From IMG/VR virus record IMGVR_UViG_3300046167_000798: DNA of 64,000 nt. One strand, written 5' to 3'. The DNA comes from a virus. Its lineage: Duplodnaviria > Caudoviricetes. This document shows, piece by piece, positions 42,201-51,536 of the stretch; positions within the stretch are counted from its first letter, which is position 1, and the number at the start of each line of letters is the position of its first letter. Made by a program: the position numbers and the translations under genes. The notes under the pieces are model-generated. The model made no database searches. It was not told where the DNA came from and was given only the letters and a program-made list of their open reading frames with translations.

Positions 42201-42698
42201 TCTAATAACAGAACCACTTACAACACCAGTTCCATCCAAAGTTCTTAATACAGAACCACTTACTAATCCATTTGGAATATTTTGTAAGTTTGTGTTCCAA
42301 TCAGCACCACTACCACTTGCAGAAATACCTACAATTCTTGAATCTACCGATGAACTAAATGATGTAAAAGTAGAACCACTAATTAAGCCGGTTGGAATAC
42401 CACTTAATTCGTTCCATGATGAAGCTCCACTACCACCAGTTGAACTAATTGTAATTTGGTTTGAAGAAGATGCAATAGTAACATTTGAACCACCTTTAAA
42501 AATAGGAGTACCTGTAATGTTTGAGTAAGGTATGTTAGTTAATCCACTACCATTACCAATAAAAGAACCACTAAAAGAACCACTTACACCACTTGCAGCT
42601 GAAAGATTAACCGAACCTGCATTTACAGCGAAATCTCCTGTAATTACCGAAGCAGTAACTACACCTTGTATCTGTTTACTTTGAATTAATGTTGCCAT
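36223..42698 (-). CDS. Giant cadherin-like/Ig-repeat virion adhesin (about 2158 aa after restoring one base)
   Basis: Track ORFs 39768-42698 and 36223-39465 join if the T5 run at 39789-93 is T6 (LDYEQKTTYNFSITASD). Repeated N.AP...D.E.D modules. Confidence 0.8.
40550..40760 (-). repeat. 42-bp (14-aa) tandem repeat VLRTLDG[TS]GV[IV]SGS
   Basis: Five consecutive units; further clusters near 41160-41210, 41580-41710 and 42110-42260. Confidence 0.9.
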
Positions 42699-43063
42699 TA
42701 TCTACTCACTATCTTTCCTTTTACTGAAAAATCTGTATTCACTATACTTGGTGGGTCTAGTGTTATATTTTCAGTAAAATTAATTACTATATTTGTTCCA
42801 TTATCAGTAACCGTATAAGTGTCAGCTGGTTTTTTTATTCCTTGTAAATATACATCCACATATTCTGATAATTTATCAACTTCAATATCTTGAAATACGA
42901 ATTTCTTATTAGATAATGTAAGTGTAAATAAATCTCCACTTAAATTAATAGAATCTGGTACATGAGTAAAGATTGTTGTATCATTTATCACTTCTTGTAC
43001 TAAAGCCTTAAATCTATCTCTATCGTTAAAAGGAGTTATTATATTTGGTTTACTTTTACTCAT
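42698..43063 (-). CDS. Hypothetical structural protein
   Basis: Clean ORF overlapping its neighbours; DVYLQG beta-rich motif. Confidence 0.65.
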   Translation of the reverse strand: MSKSKPNIITPFNDRDRFKALVQEVINDTTIFTHVPDSINLSGDLFTLTLSNKKFVFQDIEVDKLSEYVDVYLQGIKKPADTYTVTDNGTNIVINFTENITLDPPSIVNTDFSVKGKIVSR

Positions 43064-43389
43064 ACCGTATCTAAATCTCCTTCTAATTTTATATCATCAC
43101 TTGCAATTACATTATAAGGGAAATTACTTTTGAAAAATTTAACAAAAAATGTATTTCCACTATGTTCGGTAATGTAATCCTTTTCTAAAATATATTGACC
43201 GTTTATAAATATATCAAATCTAGCGTGTTCCTTACGAAATGGACGTAAAAATAATTTTAAATCCTTCATCTTTACATTATCAAGTTTCCATATATAATAT
43301 GTTGGATGTGTCAAATCATGTGCAACCAACTTATACTCATCTGGTTCATGTACTTGTGCCAATATTTTTGCTAAATCCTTTATTGCCAT
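43060..43389 (-). CDS. Hypothetical structural protein
   Basis: Clean ORF; FDIFINGQYI motif, similar to one in the upstream gene. Confidence 0.65.
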   Translation of the reverse strand: MAIKDLAKILAQVHEPDEYKLVAHDLTHPTYYIWKLDNVKMKDLKLFLRPFRKEHARFDIFINGQYILEKDYITEHSGNTFFVKFFKSNFPYNVIASDDIKLEGDLDTV

Positions 43390-43390
43390 T

Positions 43391-44551
43391 TTATTTCTCT
43401 ATAAATTTACCAGTTACACCAAATTCATCTGTATTTTCCAAAATATAACCCAAATCAGTTTGAGTTGATTGTAAATCATCTGGATACGAACCACCAACCG
43501 AAAGTGAACCTGTTGAAAAATTAAACTCTATTTCACTATTACCATAAGAACCGGTATATGAATATTTATGATGTGGTATGAATACTCCATTTATATATAC
43601 CCTAAACCAATCATTAGTATCAAATACACCATTTAATTCTGGTGGTAATTTTGGTAATTCTACATTTGATAATTTAAATGTATCAGCATCTACAAAAGTT
43701 GCTTGTTGCGAACCACGAATTGACATAAAATCAATTATATCTGAATATTCATTGTATAATCTCTTTTCTACTGTTGAGTTTGTTACACCACCTTGATTTA
43801 ATCCTGTTAAATCAGTTTCAGTACCCCAAACTACTTTTTTAGGAGATATGGATTTCTTGTGTGTACTTTGATTATCAAATTGTTCAGGTAAAAGGTAAGC
43901 ATTTACTACCATAGTAAAGTTTGTTCTAACAATTCGTTGAGAACCTTCACTTATTTCTGTTGTATTATCAAATGAATCTATTTTTGTTCTAAATTTGAAT
44001 CCACCCTTATCTCCCCAATATTCATCTGTTGCATATTGGAAGGCTTCAACAATTTTATTCATATGTTCAGTAAAATCTGTCCAAATTATTACCTCATATG
44101 TTATACTAACATAATCAGGTATAATAATATCAAATAATTCAACTGGTTTTTGTGTTCCAGTCATTGCAGAGAACTTATCGTACTTATGTTTTTTAGAATA
44201 TCGTGATATTGATGGATATGAAACGTGCCTATTCATTGTATTTGATAGAGTATCGTTTCTTTCGATTGAGTTTCTCTTAAACATTACCAAAGGAATTTGT
44301 AATACACCCTTTTTATCTCGTAAAAATCCATCTTTTTGTACAGATTTCCATCTTTCAGGATTTCCATACACAACTGGTATCTTTTGTTTCTCTTGGAATA
44401 TCTCAACAGTAGGCAATACAGTATCAATCATATGTTCTGCGATTGCTAAATCAACATCATATAATTTTACACCCTTACCTTTTTCAATACTTTCTTTTTT
44501 GTATTGAAGAGCTCTATTTGGTTTTATATTTTTTAATGGGTCAATTGCCAT
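43391..44551 (-). CDS. gp15: Tail completion / sheath stabiliser (T4 gp15-like) with C-terminal extension
   Basis: IPVVYGNPERWK, PDYVSITYEVIIWT..EHMNKIVEAF; follows the neck genes. Confidence 0.7.
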   Translation of the reverse strand: MAIDPLKNIKPNRALQYKKESIEKGKGVKLYDVDLAIAEHMIDTVLPTVEIFQEKQKIPVVYGNPERWKSVQKDGFLRDKKGVLQIPLVMFKRNSIERNDTLSNTMNRHVSYPSISRYSKKHKYDKFSAMTGTQKPVELFDIIIPDYVSITYEVIIWTDFTEHMNKIVEAFQYATDEYWGDKGGFKFRTKIDSFDNTTEISEGSQRIVRTNFTMVVNAYLLPEQFDNQSTHKKSISPKKVVWGTETDLTGLNQGGVTNSTVEKRLYNEYSDIIDFMSIRGSQQATFVDADTFKLSNVELPKLPPELNGVFDTNDWFRVYINGVFIPHHKYSYTGSYGNSEIEFNFSTGSLSVGGSYPDDLQSTQTDLGYILENTDEFGVTGKFIEK

Positions 44552-45114
44552 TAGTGATATATCCTTTCATCTATTTGAATTTGACTTCTTCTTACCATAA
44601 ATCCAACACCAATCAATGTATTACTAGAATCTTCGAAAGTATTTGTATTTTTATCGTAAATTTGTGGCTGACCTCCAATTAATTGATTTTCTCGTATGTT
44701 ATCCATTTCATAATAGATACCATCAAACAATATTACATCACCAATCTCAGGAAAACCAACTGTTGTGTTTTGAATTGCTTCTGTTGGTATTAATGTACCA
44801 TTTACATCTCTAATTTTAGGAACTGAGTGTGATGTTTCTCGTAATCTCTGAATATTAAACCTAAATTCAACTGCTTGTTGTTTATCTGCACCGAATCCTT
44901 CGTAAACTACATTCATTGGTTCTCTATCTACAATTGCCATAAGAGTAGAAGGTGCTCTCCATACTTTACCAAGAGATTCACCATATAAATTAGTTTTAGT
45001 TTCACCCACAGATACCTTGAACAAGGTTACTGCTTGTTCTACAACATAATCAACTACCTCTTCTGAGATAGTTTTTATGAAATCCAAATCTTTTGAGTTA
45101 AAAAACTTTGGCAT
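44551..45114 (-). CDS. gp14: Head completion/neck protein (T4 gp14-like)
   Basis: TNLYGES, FPEIGDVILFDGIYYEMDN; lies between the gp13-like and gp15-like genes. Confidence 0.7.
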   Translation of the reverse strand: MPKFFNSKDLDFIKTISEEVVDYVVEQAVTLFKVSVGETKTNLYGESLGKVWRAPSTLMAIVDREPMNVVYEGFGADKQQAVEFRFNIQRLRETSHSVPKIRDVNGTLIPTEAIQNTTVGFPEIGDVILFDGIYYEMDNIRENQLIGGQPQIYDKNTNTFEDSSNTLIGVGFMVRRSQIQIDERIYH

Positions 45115-45118
45115 AACG

Positions 45119-46273
45119 TTATCCTATATAAATTGCTAATGGAACTTTGTTAATGATTGTTTGTTGTTGGTCAACCATTGCAGCTTCATTTTCCATTCTT
45201 ACTTTTTTACTTACTTCATTTAAATTTTCTCTTAGTTGTTCAATAAGAGTATCTTTTTCACTTTGTGCTTCCGCTCTTAATGATGCCCCATCTAAAGAAA
45301 CCTCAGAACCTGGTATTGGAACAGTAGAATATTTTTCTCTAACTGCACCTAACATCTCTTTTGCTAAAGCAAGTGTATATTTTCTAATCCATTGTTTACC
45401 AACATCATTGATTTTAATGTATTGTGCAAAGTTGTATCCTATATTTGAGTAATCTGATACTACATTTGGAAGTACAATACTACTTGCATCTCTAACATCC
45501 TTTACTACTTGATATTCAAAGTGAAGTTTGTAGTTTGAGGTTGGTTTTGGTAAAATTGTTATTTTATTGTTTACTATATTGAATGAATGTGCAGATTTTC
45601 TCATTTGGTCATTGAATTCAATCTGTTGAATCCTTAACATATCCTCATAAATTGGCATCATTATAAATTGTGCCGCTGGTGAGAATGAACCAAATCCAAA
45701 TTCATCAACTAAGTTAAGTGTTCCTTGTCCACTTACCGAATAAGGGTCAAAGAATCTGTTAATTGCTGGAGTTGTTTCGTAATATACCTTAGTAATATCT
45801 ATTCTTTCATTACTTTCAGATACTTTACCCCATAAGATCTTGTAAATCATATTGTTGTGAACCAGTATTTATATCAATTGAACCTCTTTTAATATCTGCT
45901 CTACCACCGACATTTGCAAGATTACCATATGATTCTGCTATTGTTACTATGTTATTTAGTTCTGAACCTTGTACTGATTGTCCAGTATAATCAGAACCAG
46001 TTGGTTGTCCTTCTAACGAACCGAGATTATTTCTTATATTAAACTGATTTACTTGTGCAGAATATTCCGATACTGATTCTTCAAAAACTGCGAAGAAGTT
46101 TTCTCCTTGTAGTTCTATATCAATAATAGGATATCCTAACCTTTTTGCACACCACGATGCCTACCCTTGGTGCAATCTAATTGAAATGATGTATCATCAT
46201 CATAGATACCAAATGGTGTAGAGGAACCTGATGAAAAATCAGCTGAACCTGTCCAAATTCTTGCTTGAGACAT
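45119..46273 (-). CDS. gp13: Neck protein (T4 gp13-like; about 383 aa after removing three insertions)
   Basis: ATG at 46273 with AAGGAG SD; WCAKRLGYPIIDIEL; WIRKYTLALAKEMLG. Insertions near 46174, 46160 and 45835. Confidence 0.8.
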
Positions 46274-46344
46274 ATTATTTTCTCCTTAACTTATACAATT
46301 ATACTATTATAAATATAAAATATTTGAAAAGGAAGTGTATAAAC

Positions 46345-46375
46345 AAAAAAAGAGGGAACATTTCTGTTCCCTCTT
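46345..46375 (-). terminator. Rho-independent terminator after the major capsid gene
   Basis: AAGAGGGAACA-gaaa-TGTTCCCTCTT plus T tail; a second GU-rich hairpin just upstream (about 46384-46403). Confidence 0.88.
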
Positions 46376-46426
46376 AATTCTATCATCACTATTGTAATGA
46401 CTTACTACTAAAATTTAATTAACCGA

Positions 46427-48011
46427 TTATAGGTTTAAATCTTTAACGTAGATTTTACCATAGAATTCAGGTCTAACCATTTTCTTAGCGTATCTTGTCA
46501 TAACTCCTCTTCTTGGAGTGAAGTTAGTCGGGTCATACACTAGAGGTGTCATGATTAATGGTACATACGGTGCATAAACAGCTCCAGTTTCAAGGAAATT
46601 ACTTCCTTTAAATCCTAACAAGATTTCGTTTGAAGTCATGTAAGGGTTTTTGTAAACTGTATATCTGTTTGCAATAGAACCAACAGTAGTTACACCAGCT
46701 GCGAAAGATGAAGCATCTTTATCAGCAGATACACTAAATCCTGGGATAGATTCTAAAATAGTACATACATCAGGAGAAGCAACTACGAAGTTAGCTCCAC
46801 CTCTTAAAGTCAATTGGTGAATCTTGTTCGATACTTTGTTAAGTTTCGCACCAAGAGTCTGGAACCAAGAGTTCTTAGTATAAGCAGCAGCGTTTCCACC
46901 AGCTATCCATGAAGAACCATCGTACTCTTCACCTAAAGTTACTGACCAGTATTCAGTAGTTAAAGCATTAGCTTTTAACATATCAAGGATTTCAAGGTCA
47001 ATCTCTAGTGAGATGTACTCTGATAACATTGAAGTTAATTCAGCTTCAGCATCGATACTGTGGTAAGCATTTAAATCTTGAGCCAATTCAGGAGTCCATA
47101 CAGCCTTAAGTTTTCTTGTCTTAGCAACGATTGCTTCAGACTTCAACTCTAGGTCTACTTCTGGAATACCGATATCACTTGCAGGTTCTTGTGGAGAACT
47201 ATCTTCGAAGTCTCCTCTGTTTGCAGCGATTGGTTGTTGTGAATACTTTTACTGAATCTAAAGTTGTTGGGTTATTAGCACCATCAGCTTTTACGAAAAA
47301 GTAAAGGTTAGATGAATCAGCGTATGAGTGTGCAGAATACTGAGCAGCAATAACTGTATCAGCAACTACGAATGAACGTACACCATCAACATCAGGTCTA
47401 GTAAGTGTTGATTTAGCAACTCCTACTTTTGCAATTTGTCCAGCAGCGATAGAAGCTGAAAGACTTGAATCAAATCCAACATCAGACCATGATGCAGATG
47501 CGAATGATGCTACTGCAGCATTTGCTTCTGTTACGTCATTTACTGAATATCCGAATCTACCATCTCCGTAAAGACCGTTTACAGCAGAATCAGTTGAACC
47601 TAGGTCATTTCCTGTACCACCAAATAGTGATTTTCCACTAAATGCTGGGTTACCTGCTTGTGCAGTACCATACTTAAAGTCTAAGTAAAAAATTAGACCA
47701 GAAGGTAAGTTCATTGGTTGAACACTAACGAATTCTTTCGATGCGATTTCACCGAAGATTCTTCTTACTAGAGGAAGGGCTACACCACTCCACTCTTCGT
47801 TACCACCACCTGTACCGGTTGCAGTAGCTTCATCAAGCAATTGTTTTGCTTGGTTTTCTAACAATACAGATACCTGTGATTGTTCTCTCTCTCCTAAACC
47901 TTCAAGAAGTCCAGTTTGTTCCCATTTTCCTTTAAGTTCTCTTGTCTCAGCAAGCATTACTTGTTGTGGGTTCTTTCCTTCCATCAATTTAGATAAATCA
48001 AAATTTGCCAT
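46427..48011 (-). CDS. gp23: Major capsid protein (T4 gp23-like; about 527 aa after removing one insertion)
   Basis: ALPLVRRIF, FVSVQPMNLPSGLIFYLDF, AKTRKLKAVWTPELAQDLNAYH, YAPYVPL, PRRGVMTRY. Extra base in the T run at 47247-50. Confidence 0.95.
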
Positions 48012-48041
48012 TTTTATTTTTCCTTTTTTTTTGGGTTAAAA

Positions 48042-49226
48042 TTAGTTAATATTAGCAAGTTTCTTGAATCTATCAGCCATCGTATTAGTTGATTCAGCTA
48101 TTACTTCTTTCGAAGGAGCAGTTGATGCAACTGGTTTAGATGCGAATGATTCAGTAATTTTCTTACTAACTTTTTGTTTTTTTGAAGTTCCATTAATCTT
48201 AAACGATTCAGCTAAAGTGCTAAATACAAGTTTAACTTCTCTTACATTACCTGTTCTGTCTAATGTCTCAACAACTTTCATTTTTTGGTCATTGTTTAAG
48301 TCATATGAACGGAATAATTTGTTTGTATAAAGTAATTTTGCATTAAGCAAGTTTACTTCATTGATTGTAGTTTTAAGTTCCTTGATTGTACTCATTGCTT
48401 CTTTTAATTCAGCTTGAGCTTCTTCAAGTTCATTAGTTTCTTCTACAACTTCTTCAGAAACTTCTTCATCTGATTCTTCTTCTTCTCCGTATCCCATTTC
48501 TTTTAGGATTTCGTCTAAGTCGATTTCTTCATCATCAGATTCTTCTGATACTTCTTCTTCTTCAGAGTGGTCTTCATCACCTTCTTCAGAAATTTCTTCT
48601 TCTTCAGATTCTTCACCTTCATTGTGGTGTTCATCTTCGTGAGATTCGATTTCATCAGATGCGATATCAGCAACTTCTTCCTCTTCTTCATCATCAAGTT
48701 CTTCTTCAAGTTCTTTAATGATAGCTTCAAGGTCAAGTTCATCTTCTTCTTCTTCTTCTGCTACTTCTTCTTTAGATTCTTCAGAGTGAGTTTCATCAAC
48801 TTCCTCATCAGATTCTTCTTCTTCAGCAACAACTTCAGATTCTTCAGATACTTCTTCTTCAGATACTTTTTCTTCTTCAGCTTCTTCAGCAACAACTTCA
48901 GTTTCTTCAGATACTTCTTCTGTTTCTTCAGATACAGTTTCAGTTGATTCTTCAACTTCTTCTTTATCTTCTTCTTCAGTTACAGTTTCTTCGGATACTT
49001 CTTCTGTAGCTTCTTCAACTGTTTCAGTTTCTTCTACTACTTCGTTTTCTTCAATTTCTTCTGAATCTTCACCTTCTTCAATTTCTTGTTGAAGTTTCTG
49101 AGATAGAATAGATTGTAAACGAGGTGTAAAAGCTTCCTCAAGAGCTATCTTAGCATTTGCAATTGCAGTTTCTCTAACGGCTTTTGCATCAGCGATAGCT
49201 TCTTTTAACAAATTTGAGTTTGCCAT
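48042..49226 (-). CDS. Prohead core scaffold protein (gp22-like), extremely acidic
   Basis: LLKEAIADAKAVRETAIANAK; about 250 aa Glu-rich; EVNLLNAKLLYTNKLF; immediately precedes the MCP. Confidence 0.85.
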   Translation of the reverse strand: MANSNLLKEAIADAKAVRETAIANAKIALEEAFTPRLQSILSQKLQQEIEEGEDSEEIEENEVVEETETVEEATEEVSEETVTEEEDKEEVEESTETVSEETEEVSEETEVVAEEAEEEKVSEEEVSEESEVVAEEEESDEEVDETHSEESKEEVAEEEEEDELDLEAIIKELEEELDDEEEEEVADIASDEIESHEDEHHNEGEESEEEEISEEGDEDHSEEEEVSEESDDEEIDLDEILKEMGYGEEEESDEEVSEEVVEETNELEEAQAELKEAMSTIKELKTTINEVNLLNAKLLYTNKLFRSYDLNNDQKMKVVETLDRTGNVREVKLVFSTLAESFKINGTSKKQKVSKKITESFASKPVASTAPSKEVIAESTNTMADRFKKLANIN

Positions 49227-49405
49227 AATAATATACCTTTCGATTATGTGTTTGTGAAAATATTAAGGGATTTTCAATGGAAAATTAATAAATCGGTTTT
49301 TCGGTCACCCTACATAAGAACTCGTGGGTATTCATAAACCTTTAAGTATGAACCTACATTCGGTAGGTTATTCAGTATATAAATATACAATCTATAACAA
49401 AAACG

Positions 49406-49711
49406 TTATTTTCTTGTATTTTTATTTTTATCTTCTTTTTTTTGATTCTTTGGTTTTTTCTTCTTTTTAGTGTAAAACCTTATTGAAGTATCACCATCAT
49501 CTATCTTACCAAGTATGGTTTCCTTCTGTTGTTCTCTAATAGCTTGTTGTTTTTGTTTTCTACGAACTGTTGTGGGTTTTGTGTAGTATCGTCTTTCTCT
49601 CAGTTCTAAAAGATGTCCTGAATCAATTGTTCTTCTTTTTAATTTTTTTAATGCTCTGTTAATATCTCCTTTGATAACTTTAACAGAAACGATTGCATTT
49701 TTTTTACTCAT
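49406..49711 (-). CDS. rpsU: Phage-encoded ribosomal protein bS21 with basic C-terminal extension
   Basis: VKVIKGDINRALKKLKRR...ELRERRYYTKPTTVRRK matches the bS21 pattern (IxxALxRFKR, R..F.KP...R). Confidence 0.88.
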   Translation of the reverse strand: MSKKNAIVSVKVIKGDINRALKKLKRRTIDSGHLLELRERRYYTKPTTVRRKQKQQAIREQQKETILGKIDDGDTSIRFYTKKKKKPKNQKKEDKNKNTRK

Positions 49712-49764
49712 TCTCCTTAATTTATGTGTAACGTTATTTTATATAAGTATATACGTTTGAAGTT

Positions 49765-50109
49765 TTAAGAACCTTTACCTGTTCCTGATTTTCTTCCTTT
49801 GGTATGTGTAGAAACATTGATAGGTTTCTTACCCTGTCCTGCAGATGATTTACCACCTCTATTAGATTTATTTTGTGCTGCTCTTTTTCTACGAGTTGCA
49901 GATTCTTTTTCTTTTTTACTCATAGTTTTGGCTTTAGCGGCAGGAACACATTTAGCATATCCTTTTTTCTTACCACTTGTACCACATGGAGGATGTTTAC
50001 CACTTTTATCTTTTTTACCGATGTTAACCCACTTGGATTTAAACCAGTTTCTCAAATCTTCATTTGTGGTTTCTTCAAATATCTCGTCTATGATATCTTG
50101 TAATCTCAT
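49765..50109 (-). CDS. Basic predicted head-internal protein
   Basis: MRLQDIIDEIFEETTNE leader; DLRNWFKSKWVNI..HPPCG..YAKCVPA domain seen in T4-like phages. Confidence 0.7.
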   Translation of the reverse strand: MRLQDIIDEIFEETTNEDLRNWFKSKWVNIGKKDKSGKHPPCGTSGKKKGYAKCVPAAKAKTMSKKEKESATRRKRAAQNKSNRGGKSSAGQGKKPINVSTHTKGRKSGTGKGS

Positions 50110-51536
50110 TATTTACCTAATTGGAATAATTTTTCTTCTGCAGCTGCATTAGTTCTGTAATCGTAATGTTTTGGATTTACTCCAAAATCTTTTAGGGATT
50201 TTTCTAACCAAATTCTATACTTTCTTTTACCATACTTTTTTTCCATGGTATCAAGTACATCGTAAAATATCTTTTCAAATTTAACTTTTTTTACTAAATC
50301 TTTGATTTGTTTTTTATCTTCTACCATTGGATTATATCCTTGTGGTACACCATCATCCTTACCTTCAGCGAATTTCATTAATCCTCTTACTCTTTTTATT
50401 AATGTACCTGCAGGAATTCCATAGGTATCACTCATTACATCTTGAGTAAACTTGTTTGATAGGAAGTTAGATAATTCTTTTTTAGTTGCAATACCACTCT
50501 TAAAATCATCTCTAGCAATTCTATCTAATTCTTTAGCATCTATCTTACCTTTGAAGTATGCAGTAAGTGCATCTGCTTTGTAGTTGTATTTACCTTCGTT
50601 TACTGATTCATTTACATCATACATCTTACTGTTTCTACCAACAGATATAAGAGTTAAACCTTTATGTTTCTTACTTAACTTAGCAAATTCTTTTTGTGCT
50701 TTGTTGATATCTCCATCACCTGGTCTTTTACCACCATCTTGGTAATAAACTTTATCGTAATCTTGTTTCCTTTTATCAAACTTATCTACTATTACTAATA
50801 TTTCGTTTACTGATTCTCTTGTTAGTTTATATCCTTGTTTTGCAAGTGTTCCAACAAAATCACTTAAATCTTTTTTGTTCTTGAAGATTTTTATATCAAA
50901 GAAATCACTACCATCTTTGTGTTTCTTTTTTCCATCGTGATAAGATATTGTGTATTTTGCTTTACCAATACCATCTTGTCTTTTGAATCTTTTCTTACCT
51001 TCGTTCTTCTTACCCTTTTCCTCATATCCATTTGCGAATGCTGCTTTTCTTTGAGCATCTGATGAGAATCCTTCGTTCTTAGAAATTAATTCATCTACAT
51101 CTTTATGAACATCTTTGTAGTTGTTAAATTTTTGTTTACGAATAGCACTATAAATTGCTAATGAGTATTTTTGTGAGTTGTTGTGAATTTTACTTTTAAT
51201 AAAGTTACCAGATTTTTCAGCTGATTTAGAATCTTTCATTTCAACATCATTTACTGCAGTTGAAAATATTTTAAAAGCTTCAAAATGATTCTTCTTGTTA
51301 TAATCCATTACCATATCTTCGATAAAAGATAATGAAGATTTCATATTCTCTTTGTTTTGTTTGAAAACTTTGGTTGCCATAGGGTCACCTTTTTTCAAGA
51401 ATCGTACAAACTCTTCTTGTTTTTTCTTGACCTGACTCTTTTCATCAAAGTAATCTTTCTTTCTAAAAAGATTGAATACTTTTTCAAATTCTTTATTAGG
51501 GGATTTGAATCTTTCGTTGATTAACATTTTTTCCAT
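50109..51536 (-). CDS. Multi-module predicted head-internal polyprotein
   Basis: Modules separated by ESVNE/KNE/AE sites; may be fused to the upstream ORF. Confidence 0.65.
   Translation of the reverse strand: MEKMLINERFKSPNKEFEKVFNLFRKKDYFDEKSQVKKKQEEFVRFLKKGDPMATKVFKQNKENMKSSLSFIEDMVMDYNKKNHFEAFKIFSTAVNDVEMKDSKSAEKSGNFIKSKIHNNSQKYSLAIYSAIRKQKFNNYKDVHKDVDELISKNEGFSSDAQRKAAFANGYEEKGKKNEGKKRFKRQDGIGKAKYTISYHDGKKKHKDGSDFFDIKIFKNKKDLSDFVGTLAKQGYKLTRESVNEILVIVDKFDKRKQDYDKVYYQDGGKRPGDGDINKAQKEFAKLSKKHKGLTLISVGRNSKMYDVNESVNEGKYNYKADALTAYFKGKIDAKELDRIARDDFKSGIATKKELSNFLSNKFTQDVMSDTYGIPAGTLIKRVRGLMKFAEGKDDGVPQGYNPMVEDKKQIKDLVKKVKFEKIFYDVLDTMEKKYGKRKYRIWLEKSLKDFGVNPKHYDYRTNAAAEEKLFQLGK

Noticed and set aside
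31720-42260. CRISPR array
   Set aside because: The 42-bp and 63-bp repeats are contiguous, in frame and degenerate, with no unique spacers and no cas genes.
20499-42698. Diversity-generating retroelement acting on the fibres (prompted by Mtd-N-like domains)
   Set aside because: No reverse transcriptase and no TR/VR pair differing only at adenines. The repeats are in-frame coding duplications with differences at all bases.
46274-46426. tRNA or other ncRNA after the capsid gene
   Set aside because: The hairpins are explained as a terminator plus a small stem; no cloverleaf or T-loop motif was seen here or in the other intergenic gaps.
10883-48011. Stop-codon reassignment as the cause of split genes
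   Set aside because: Every break is a frame change, not an in-frame stop, and intact genes are long and end normally under code 11.
46427-48011. Programmed frameshift or intron in the major capsid, sheath or tape measure genes
   Set aside because: No extra sequence or consistent slippery motif is present. Removing one base restores conserved motifs, and the same pattern recurs genome-wide.
48042-49226. Glu-rich low-complexity stretch and overlapping Lys/Leu- or Phe-rich ORFs as novel genes
   Set aside because: Expected for an acidic scaffold protein; the alternative-frame ORFs are by-products of GAA repeats.
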